A stretch of 64,000 nt of DNA from Fibrobacteria bacterium (lineage in GTDB: Bacteria > Fibrobacterota > Fibrobacteria > UBA11236 > JADFYW01): the NCBI GenBank assembly GCA_050294405.1, contig JBNKOC010000012.1:288001-352000 (forward strand), given 5' to 3'. The notes below the pieces were generated by a model. That model had not been told where the DNA came from, did no database searches, and worked only from the letters and a program-made list of their open reading frames with translations. Below, in pieces: positions 40,701 to 47,789 of this stretch. A program made the translations under genes and the position numbers. Position 1 is the first letter of the stretch, and every line of letters begins with the position of its first letter.

Positions 40701-41143
40701 GTCTTTTGAACTGCTTTGCCGTACTTACATCTAAAGCATTGCAATATGGTGTGCCTCTGGAAAAGCTTGTAGACAGCTTTACCTTCACCCGTTTTGAACC
40801 CTCTGGAATTGTAAGTGGCCACGAACAAATTAAGAGCGCCACTTCCATCCTGGATTTTATTTTCAGAACTTTGGGACATCACTATCTGGGACTCAATCAC
40901 TTAACTCATGTTAAGTCCATTGAAGATGTTCCTGAAAATACCAAGCAGAAAAAAGAGAGCAAATCCAATGAAAAAGAAGAACTGGTACTCCAGGTAGTGG
41001 ATGAGGGAGCGACAGCTCGTCTGGAATCCCGCCGCGCAGGCTATACAGGGGACACTTGTGGCTCCTGTGGTTCTCTCAGAGTTCGCCGCAATGGCACCTG
41101 CACACTATGCGATGATTGCGGTTCCACCAGCGGTTGTTCATAG
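37721..41143 (+). CDS. nrdJ: Class II (adenosylcobalamin-dependent) ribonucleotide reductase
   Basis: PNSPQWFN, QPHACFI, KSGGTTRRAAKM, SNPCSEY, TACNLASIN, APTGTI, C-terminal CxxC...CxxCG...GCS. Confidence 0.96.
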   Translation: MQIKRKFTKAGENPYHSVKYEWRTSTIRNEDGSSASRSVSVESPVGWSQVATDILAQKYLRRSDVPQLNDKGEPLLDENGKQVTGGENSVRQVVDRLVGCWQHWGDEHNYFNSPEDSQAFYDEVVHMMLKQMAAPNSPQWFNTGLALKYGIKGTYQGHWYVDPKTHKMTKSEDAFTHPQPHACFIQSVDDDLLGDNGIYSLLTREGRIFKFGSGTGTNFSNIRGVGEALGSGGFSSGLMSFLRIYDRAAGSIKSGGTTRRAAKMVCLDIDHPEVEEFIKWKSNEERKVGALVTGVRSVNQAFEKILKEAASVKDASEEAEPLVKAVRDALDMGLPEGMIKRALQLGSQGITEFKMDEMSTDYEGDAYATVSGQNSNNSVRIPHKFMSLVQKNGDWDLTGRVDGKAVKTIKASKLWEDIAIAAWECADPGLQFDDTINDWHTCPSDGRIRSSNPCSEYMFLDDTACNLASINLVHFIDSKGHFDVDSFNHAVRLWTTVLEISVTMAQFPSLEIAQRSFDYRTLGLGYANLGSILMRMGIAYDSKEAAALTGAITAVMCGTSYATSAELAGDHGAFARYEANKKDMLRVIRNHRRAAYNTPVGEYEQLGITPIGLNKDNCPSYLAVAAREAWDKALELGEKHGYRNAQVTVIAPTGTIGLVMDCDTTGIEPDFALVKFKKLSGGGYFKIVNQSVAPALRTLGYNQDQIKAIELYCKGHASLKDSPHINEASLKAKGFTQEVIDLINGALPGAFEIHHAINSYVIGQDFLAKKLNVPSEQLNHPNFNILSFLGFTQSQIEEANLYICGRQTIEGAPYLAKEHYPVFDCANTCGPHGTRSIAPKGHLRIMAAAQSFISGAISKTFNLPGDASVADVKDIYRTAWEMGLKAVSIYRDSSKLSQPLSSSGALPKVMRLAKQRPAEPEKPVVFENVQKKKQPEPLSWPQSKRRQLPTRRDGFVQEAEVGGHKIFLRTGEYPDGTLGEIFIDMYKEGASYRGLLNCFAVLTSKALQYGVPLEKLVDSFTFTRFEPSGIVSGHEQIKSATSILDFIFRTLGHHYLGLNHLTHVKSIEDVPENTKQKKESKSNEKEELVLQVVDEGATARLESRRAGYTGDTCGSCGSLRVRRNGTCTLCDDCGSTSGCS

Positions 41144-41186
41144 ATGCGATTTTATGCGATCACTTCTTCGTTGGAGTTTTCTGTTC

Positions 41187-41218
41187 AGACCTCGCCGTAC
41201 ATCGGTACGGCTTCGCCC
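41187..41218 (+). repeat. Solo, diverged copy of the core of the 119-bp repeat
   Basis: AGACCTCGCCGTACATCGGTACGGCTTCGCCC versus AGACCTCGCAGTGCAAAAGCACAGCTTCGCCC at 10955-10986. Confidence 0.75.
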
Positions 41219-41321
41219 ATATGTAGGACCTTTGTTAGGGCTTTTGGTTAGGCTCTCTTCCATAAGGAATTGAGCTGGCCAAGAGCTTTCAAGAGAGAAT
41301 TTTCTATTCTCCGTTACATGG

Positions 41322-41353
41322 AAAACCCTCTCACTTTTGTGAGGGGGTTTTTT
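41322..41353. terminator. Probably bidirectional intrinsic terminator between convergent nrdJ and ccsA
   Basis: AAAACCCTCTCAC-TTTT-GTGAGGGGGTTTTTT. Confidence 0.85.
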
Positions 41354-41375
41354 GTTGCCTAAAATTTAGAGAAGC

Positions 41376-43268
41376 TTATGCCGAAGCTTTGAGGGAAGGT
41401 TTTTTGTTGATGAAAAAGAGGCAAATTGCCAGGAACACAAGTTCCGATGCAATGTATATGAAAAATTTCATAAATACACCTGCTGAAAATCCATAAGAGT
41501 GCAGCCCGACTCCCAGCAGGTTTACGCCAAACCAGGCGAACATCACAATGATAATCCCTAAAACCGAACCCACGGCAAATCCCAGTTCCCGTATAATTCC
41601 TCCCAGACGGGAATGAAATAAAATACTGCACCAAAGCACAATAAGCAAGGCGCCATTTTCTTTTGGATCCCAGCCCCAAAAACGTCCCCAGGACTGGTCA
41701 GCCCAAATCCCGCCCAAAACCGTTCCGATAAAAGAAAAGATCAAGCCAAAGGCCATAATGCCATAAACGGCCTTAATGGTTTCTTTAAGCCGTTGGTTGT
41801 CCGCATTAAAAGCCTTTTGGATAAGATATATATGCCCGGCAATACCCGCAGCTACACAGCCCGCATAACCCATGGTGATGGTTACCACGTGGGTTGCCAG
41901 CCAAAAGTTGGAGTCCAAAACGGCTACTAACATTCCCATTGTGTCGCCATCCAAAGCGTATTTGGCGGCTATCATTAACATGGAAATTCCCGAAAAGGCA
42001 GCTGTTACCAAACCAACCCCTCGCTTTTGGAAAAATTCAACAAAGACACTTACCACTACAGCAATCCAGCTCACAAAAATAAAGGTCTCGTACAAATTGG
42101 TCACCGGAGGGCGGTTCATTATATACATCCGGGTCAAAATACCAATAGTATGAGGCACAAGAGCCAGAATCAAACTTACCCAGGCAATGGGATAAAATAA
42201 TTTTCTCATAAACACCATGGACAATAGCACGGTGAGAAGACTGAGCACGTAGAAAACTTTAGAAAGCAAAAAGAAATTTATTTTGTTATAGAAGACTTCT
42301 AAACCAGAGTGCCCAATATCAATTTGCCCAGAAACTCTGGCCGCTGAAAGTTCTCTAAAACTAGCTGCTGCTTTTGTGAAATTTTCACTGTTGTTATTTA
42401 AGTATCCCTGAGCCAGGGCATGAAGCTGGTCCAGCTCATCTGTAAGGCCTTTAATAATGCCAACATTGGTTAAAACATCCCAGGGACTAAACCAGACTTC
42501 TTCCTCTTTGTTCATAAAAGGAATCATGGTTATAGGCATATTCCTGTAAAATTTGGACCATTGGAACAGCTCCTGAGAAAGGCGCAACACTTCGGAATCC
42601 ACATCGCTGGCATTGTTGTTGTTGTTTTGCATAGCGGTTAAAAATTTATGGAGATCGCTGGATTTGCTGAAGATAGTGTAATAGCTATGTTTTACCGGAG
42701 AAGGCTCCAATCCCAGGTAATTAGCAAGTTCCTTATTGTAAATAACAAAGGAACTATGGGGCAGGGCGAACTGATAACTAGCTGCTAAATTCACGTAGCG
42801 GTTGATGTTGTGATACAGACGCAATAATCCATTTTCCACAATGCTGCGTTGCTTTTCATCAATTTCCGAAGCTTTAACAGCAAGCTCTCGTAGTTTTCCC
42901 AATCCTGCTTCTAATTGGGAATAGCTAAAGCGCCTGGATGTTTCTAAATCTAATCCCAGCGCCTGAATCACTTCCATGGAGTTCACCATAAATACTTTGT
43001 CATCCTGGGTGGATTCGGGATCGAATAACAGTTTAGCCAACCACTCTATGGCAGGCATTTTTTCGTAGCGGCTTTTTCCCGAAAACTGCAGGAGCAAGGC
43101 TCTGGCATAGGTGTCCAGAGGTTTTTTCCGTCCTTCATCCAACACAGGAATCTTGGACATTTCCGAAAAATCCAGTTCATTGGCTTTTACATTTTGAAAA
43201 CCAAGTACAAAGAGTATTAGCAGACTCAAGTTTAAAATTTTTGTCAGAGCTGATTTCTTACTAGGCAT
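41376..43268 (-). CDS. ccsA: Cytochrome c biogenesis protein CcsA (second paralogue) with a large periplasmic domain
   Basis: GRKKPLDT, RPPVTNLYET, NFWLATHV, WADQSWGRFWGWDPKEN, VGLHSYG. Confidence 0.94.
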   Translation of the reverse strand: MPSKKSALTKILNLSLLILFVLGFQNVKANELDFSEMSKIPVLDEGRKKPLDTYARALLLQFSGKSRYEKMPAIEWLAKLLFDPESTQDDKVFMVNSMEVIQALGLDLETSRRFSYSQLEAGLGKLRELAVKASEIDEKQRSIVENGLLRLYHNINRYVNLAASYQFALPHSSFVIYNKELANYLGLEPSPVKHSYYTIFSKSSDLHKFLTAMQNNNNNASDVDSEVLRLSQELFQWSKFYRNMPITMIPFMNKEEEVWFSPWDVLTNVGIIKGLTDELDQLHALAQGYLNNNSENFTKAAASFRELSAARVSGQIDIGHSGLEVFYNKINFFLLSKVFYVLSLLTVLLSMVFMRKLFYPIAWVSLILALVPHTIGILTRMYIMNRPPVTNLYETFIFVSWIAVVVSVFVEFFQKRGVGLVTAAFSGISMLMIAAKYALDGDTMGMLVAVLDSNFWLATHVVTITMGYAGCVAAGIAGHIYLIQKAFNADNQRLKETIKAVYGIMAFGLIFSFIGTVLGGIWADQSWGRFWGWDPKENGALLIVLWCSILFHSRLGGIIRELGFAVGSVLGIIIVMFAWFGVNLLGVGLHSYGFSAGVFMKFFIYIASELVFLAICLFFINKKPSLKASA

Positions 43269-44424
43269 TTTTTTTGGCTCCTCTTTGTTTTTTACTGAAT
43301 CTTCCCAACATCAGGATAAAATAAAATAGCAATCCCAATCCGATAACAATACTACCCACATAGGGAAGCACCCTTCCCGGGTTTTCTACCACGGCAAAGG
43401 TGGAGGTTTCACCCATTCTGGATTGAGAAAAGGAAGATTGATAAAAGGTAAAATTATCCACCCGCAGGGGTTGGTTCATGGATATGACCACTTCGCGTTC
43501 AAAATCGTTGGTTTTTATTATTACACGGCTGGAATAGCTTTTTGCCATGGATGTACCCACATAATCTTCTTTCTTGAAGTCCAACAATTTTACCAGAATG
43601 GGCAATTTATAGTGTACCCGCCGGAGTTTGCAAAATATGCGTTTGTCCCCAACAATAACAGAGGTTGGGCTTGCTTCCGCACCAAATTGCAAAACCTTTT
43701 GAGCAGCCCCAGCGCCATTTTCAATGGGTTGGATGGAAAAGGTCATGCCGGGAAAATTTTTAGCGGGATCGCTATTGGGTTTGTCTTCCTTTAGATTTAC
43801 GATACCAGAGGCATTTAAATATTCCTTGGAGGGTTGGAAATTTTCACCCCTAAAGGCGCGGCAATGAAGGTAAAACTGGATGAAGTTTATTTGAACTCCA
43901 AAATTGGGGTAGAGGAGAGGAACATTAGGATCAATGCCATTTACATTAATGGCCTCAACCTGTCGTACAATGGAGTCTCCCACATTGGTTTGGGTCCATA
44001 GGGCTAATTCCCATTCGTGGTAATCTTCTGCCACATCAAGGGCCTGTCCCTCTTCCAGGGTTAAGTTGGACTCCTGGGCCATATGCAGAGTGACCCCGCC
44101 ACTTACAATTAAAACAATAATCCCTAAATGCACCAGCCAGAGTCCCAGTTTGCGCAGGTTATATTGGAGTCGGAAAAAGGTGACCGACAGTACATTAACT
44201 AAAGCTACCCATAAAACAAGCCGGCCTCCGGGGAAAGGAATGAAGCCCAGGGCGGTAAAATACCAGCTGTTAAACATGCGGTGCTGGGTCACGTACAAGC
44301 CGTGTTGTACCTGGTGCAAAGTCCCCCAAAAAGTAAGAACCATCAGCAAAAACAGACAGCTGACTGTAAGCCAATAGGAACAAAGGAAGTTAATAATAGG
44401 GTGCCGAGCAAATTTTCTTACCAT
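43261..44424 (-). CDS. resB: ResB/CcsB-like cytochrome c biogenesis protein
   Basis: TFWGTL, PFPGG, LVHLG, KSYSS, ISMNQPLR..FTFYQSSF, NPGRVLPY; overlaps ccsA. Confidence 0.88.
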   Translation of the reverse strand: MVRKFARHPIINFLCSYWLTVSCLFLLMVLTFWGTLHQVQHGLYVTQHRMFNSWYFTALGFIPFPGGRLVLWVALVNVLSVTFFRLQYNLRKLGLWLVHLGIIVLIVSGGVTLHMAQESNLTLEEGQALDVAEDYHEWELALWTQTNVGDSIVRQVEAINVNGIDPNVPLLYPNFGVQINFIQFYLHCRAFRGENFQPSKEYLNASGIVNLKEDKPNSDPAKNFPGMTFSIQPIENGAGAAQKVLQFGAEASPTSVIVGDKRIFCKLRRVHYKLPILVKLLDFKKEDYVGTSMAKSYSSRVIIKTNDFEREVVISMNQPLRVDNFTFYQSSFSQSRMGETSTFAVVENPGRVLPYVGSIVIGLGLLFYFILMLGRFSKKQRGAKKNA

Positions 44425-44425
44425 G

Positions 44426-45052
44426 TTATTCGCCTTTAAACTCGAGGGATTTAGTTAACTCTATGAGATTCGCTTTATTTTTAACTAACAAACTTTTATT
44501 GCCGGTTACCTTAACAAAAACAGTTTTGGTTTCGGATTGCAAAATAGCCGCAACAGTGGATTTGCTATCAATGAGGCTTCCGGATAGCAAAGTTGTAAAG
44601 TCTACGATAAGGGCCTCGTATCCGCTTTTGGTGGGCACCTTTTGAGAGTTGTTAATAAAGTTTTCCATTTCATCGGAAGGAGGGATAACGAGGTTTAACT
44701 GCCCCATCCAGCGCTCAATATTAGCCCGGACACCGCCTGCGTGGCCATCTAACATTACAATGGTGCACTCGGCGTTTTTATTTCCCTGGTTAAAGAAAAA
44801 GGTGGCCAGTCGCATTCCCGATCCTTTTTCTTCAACCCAACCTTCGGGAGTTATCCAGCTAAGGCCTGAATTGGGCTCGCTTTTAATGTCCATCATGGTA
44901 GCATGGGGAGAATTGCTGTCTGCTAACATTGGATCGGGTTTTGGAATTTCAATTTCTGTGTAAGTTCTGTGAGTGGAGTCTTTTTTACAATGGAACACAC
45001 TAAGCGAAAGCAAAATTAAAATGCCAAGTTTGAGGAGTCTTTTTTGATTCAT
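44426..45052 (-). CDS. Probable lipoprotein co-transcribed with resB-ccsA
   Basis: Lipobox-like LSVFHC; WITPEGWVE...MRLATF, ANIERWMGQL, FVKVTG. Confidence 0.75.
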   Translation of the reverse strand: MNQKRLLKLGILILLSLSVFHCKKDSTHRTYTEIEIPKPDPMLADSNSPHATMMDIKSEPNSGLSWITPEGWVEEKGSGMRLATFFFNQGNKNAECTIVMLDGHAGGVRANIERWMGQLNLVIPPSDEMENFINNSQKVPTKSGYEALIVDFTTLLSGSLIDSKSTVAAILQSETKTVFVKVTGNKSLLVKNKANLIELTKSLEFKGE

Positions 45053-45293
45053 TATTTGTTTACCTTAAAGGTTCTTTTTACTGCTATTAAAATATTAAAT
45101 CTTGCCATTTTATGAAAACATCCACCACCTGTCGATTTAATACAATGTTCAAGTCCGGGAAGTCCTTTTTAATCGGGCCATACCTTTTCTGTATCCAAAT
45201 ATTAAGCCAAAAAAAAAACGGACCTTTATTTCATTATTAAGCTTAAAAGGCAGCGTGATTGGCAGGTTTTTGAAGAAAAAATCGAGTGATCGT

Positions 45294-45326
45294 TGTCAAA
45301 ATGACCCTACCAATGTCATATTGACA
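45294..45326. promoter_or_regulatory. Tandem pair of TGTCA-N3-TGACA sites upstream of the lipoprotein-resB-ccsA operon
   Basis: TGTCA-AAA-TGACC (45294-45306) and perfect TGTCA-TAT-TGACA (45314-45326), 20 bp apart. Confidence 0.72.
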
Positions 45327-45437
45327 ATAAGCTAACTTTCCCTTGAATAAAAATCAAGGCATTCCGGCAATAAATCGGAAATAAAAAGCGGGTTTCTGTG
45401 CGCTGGGTTGTTTAGAAGAGGGGTGAAACAGTGCGGT

Positions 45438-46325
45438 TTACTGTTCCTCATCCAGAGTATCTACTGAAGTAGTATCCATGGCCTGAATAAGTTCCCATAA
45501 ACTGGGCTTTTTCTTTTCTTCCACATAGCCATTTACATGGTAATAAAAGTTAGTGACTTCGGTACCGTCATAGGTGGTTACGTCATGGCAGTTTCCGCAG
45601 CGAATTCTATTGCGGTGGTTGGATTGGTCATGGCAGCTCATACAATCCATTTCATCATCCAGGCTCACATGGGGGTTCCATTCCACATCATCTAATCCTT
45701 CTCTATCTGTGCCATGACAGGGAATGTTGGAACAGGTTTGCCCTTCAAATTTCATATCTGGAATGTATCTGTAGACAATAGTTGAATCCAGTGTCGAATC
45801 GTATTGGTAAACAGAATCAAAGCGAAAGACCGAATCAAAAAAGAGAGTGTCGAAAATCACGCTGACCTTTCCGTTTTGATGGAATTTTTCGCTCACCTTT
45901 GAGCCATCGGATGTATATCCCATATGGCAAACATTACAGGCGTACATGGCTGGTCTGGTGGTATCCGCTAGTAAGACAGGATCTATTGCAGAATCCTCTG
46001 GTAGGCTGTCTAAACTGGCTAAAATAGAGTCGAGATTGAAATCTGGATTTTCGCCGGCTGAGTCAGCTAACTTAAAAAACGGGTTTATTTTTTTGGTTTG
46101 AAAATTGACGTGAGTATCGTGAATTCTTGAATTTTGCAAATCAGCCCTATGGCATAACATACAACTTTCATCGTTGGGGCTTGTGCTTTTATCGGGATGG
46201 CTGCATCCTACCCACAACATGTTAAATAAGGCAAGTAAACAAAAAAAATTTAAAACACCCTTAAAACAAAAATGAAGGCCCCCGTTCGGGGCGCCTTCAA
46301 GTTTATCAAGGTTAAGCTGGAGCAA
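45438..46325 (-). CDS. Pentaheme lipoprotein cytochrome c with a CxxxxCH...CxxCH module (start uncertain)
   Basis: LWVGC lipobox-like; CMLCH, CNVCH, CSNIPCH, CMSCH, CGNCH; HxNG motifs. Confidence 0.8.
   Translation of the reverse strand: MLQLNLDKLEGAPNGGLHFCFKGVLNFFCLLALFNMLWVGCSHPDKSTSPNDESCMLCHRADLQNSRIHDTHVNFQTKKINPFFKLADSAGENPDFNLDSILASLDSLPEDSAIDPVLLADTTRPAMYACNVCHMGYTSDGSKVSEKFHQNGKVSVIFDTLFFDSVFRFDSVYQYDSTLDSTIVYRYIPDMKFEGQTCSNIPCHGTDREGLDDVEWNPHVSLDDEMDCMSCHDQSNHRNRIRCGNCHDVTTYDGTEVTNFYYHVNGYVEEKKKPSLWELIQAMDTTSVDTLDEEQ
46263..46299 (-). terminator. Intrinsic terminator after the hexaheme lipoprotein gene
   Basis: Minus strand TGAAGGCGCCCC-GAAC-GGGGGCCTTCA followed by TTTTTGTTTT. 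Confidence 0.75.
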
Positions 46326-46330
46326 TTTGA

Positions 46331-47437
46331 TTATTCTAGTTCGGCTTCAACAGCCTCAATGGAGTTCTGTAACATAGCTCTGGCATAAGGGAAGTTATGG
46401 TTACCCATACTCTTGTCCTCTTCCACAGTGCGCAAGTTCCAAAGTGCACCGGCTACATTAGCAGGATATGTTCCTGTTACAGTGGCTCCAGTGGAATCCA
46501 GGGCACCAGCTGTCTGTAGGCGAACTGTCAATGTATCCATCAACTCCTGAAGAGTGGTGGCGACATCGTCGTAGTTGAAGTCGGTTACGGCATCTTCGTG
46601 GCAGGCTACGCATCCTGTTGTCAAAGATCTTGTGGATCCATGATATTCGTATTCCAGATAGAAGTTATGGCCGCCGGCAGCTGCGCCATAAGCCTGGCCC
46701 ATGTGGCACTCAGTACATCCGTCTTCCACTTCGGTGGCATGATCGGAGTTTTCGTATTCAAGAGAGCCGGGGATTTCCACTGCGCCCATACCTTTTAACA
46801 TGGTGGATTGAGGGCCGTGGTGAGGTCCGAAGCGGGAAGATGTGATTTCGAAGTCATCTCCACCGGGAACAGGAAGATCATCCGCAGAGCCTCTGGGTTG
46901 GTGGCAGGTAGCGCATACATTGCCTTTGCCAAAACTCACTTCCTCACCGTTGAAGTGAATCATAATATTTTCATCGGCTGGAACCCTGAGAGCAAAATCT
47001 GTAGAGTCGTAATTGGTATGGATAAAGTGACAGGTTTTGCAATTTTGAGGCGTAGGATCAAGTACATCCTCTTCAACTGCAGCTTCACCAGTTTCAATAC
47101 GAATACGAAAGCCTTCACTGGTATGGCAGCCAGCGCAGGAAGCGGTACTTCTTTCAAAGTCCCCTAGAGTAGCATGGCCTGAATTGCCATATTGAAGTTG
47201 TTTGGCTGTCATGTCTTCAGAACCATCGTGACAGGTTTTACATTCCCCAATACTTGCAAGCAATGTGGAATCAATTTCCATGCTGGTGCCGTCAACACCG
47301 TCAACACCGTCAACGCCATCCTCACCGTCTTTTCCGTCTTTACCCGGAGGGCCTTCTAAACAGCCCGCTAAAATAAACAACCCAGCAAATATAAAGCTGA
47401 GTATAAATAACCTCTTTTTTGTTTTTTGTTTTTTCAT
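46331..47437 (-). CDS. Acidic hexaheme lipoprotein cytochrome c with a collagen-like linker and an NrfA/c552-like C-terminal helix motif
   Basis: GGAGGG RBS; LAGC lipobox; GPPGKDGKDGEDGVDGVDGVDG; 6 CxxCH; GPHHGPQ; DKSMGNHNFPYA. Confidence 0.88.
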   Translation of the reverse strand: MKKQKTKKRLFILSFIFAGLFILAGCLEGPPGKDGKDGEDGVDGVDGVDGTSMEIDSTLLASIGECKTCHDGSEDMTAKQLQYGNSGHATLGDFERSTASCAGCHTSEGFRIRIETGEAAVEEDVLDPTPQNCKTCHFIHTNYDSTDFALRVPADENIMIHFNGEEVSFGKGNVCATCHQPRGSADDLPVPGGDDFEITSSRFGPHHGPQSTMLKGMGAVEIPGSLEYENSDHATEVEDGCTECHMGQAYGAAAGGHNFYLEYEYHGSTRSLTTGCVACHEDAVTDFNYDDVATTLQELMDTLTVRLQTAGALDSTGATVTGTYPANVAGALWNLRTVEEDKSMGNHNFPYARAMLQNSIEAVEAELE

Positions 47438-47481
47438 TATGCCCTCCAGCAACTTTAAATGATGATCTACCCTAGCACAAC

Positions 47482-47497
47482 TGCAAATCCTGTGCCC
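47482..47497 (-). promoter_or_regulatory. Sigma54 (-24/-12) promoter
   Basis: Minus strand reads GGGCAC-AGGAT-TTGCA, 45 bp upstream of ATG 47437. Confidence 0.75.
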
Positions 47498-47789
47498 GCA
47501 ATTTCACCTTGTTTTGATGTTTACTGCTACTCATTGATTTGCTCATAATGCTGTTTTTAATGAAAATTCAGTTATCAATTACCTATCCCTAATGTACGAC
47601 AGGGAACTAAAGAATTCGACCATTTTGCTTTGCCAAAATGTCTAAGGCCAATTTGCCTCTTCAGATTTTTGACAGGAGTATTTGTCATATTTTCCAGTAA
47701 ATTTCTGGTTTTTAGAGTTCAAAAAATAAAACTTTTCAGTTGTAGATGATGGAAAAAATATTCAGGTATTTTACTTTTCTTTAATGTAA

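Noticed and set aside
37721..41143. Intein in NrdJ
   Set aside because: No splice-junction (C...HN) or LAGLIDADG motifs; the length fits long class II enzymes
46331..47437. Canonical NrfA nitrite reductase
   Set aside because: No CxxCK active-site motif, six rather than five hemes, and no nrfH
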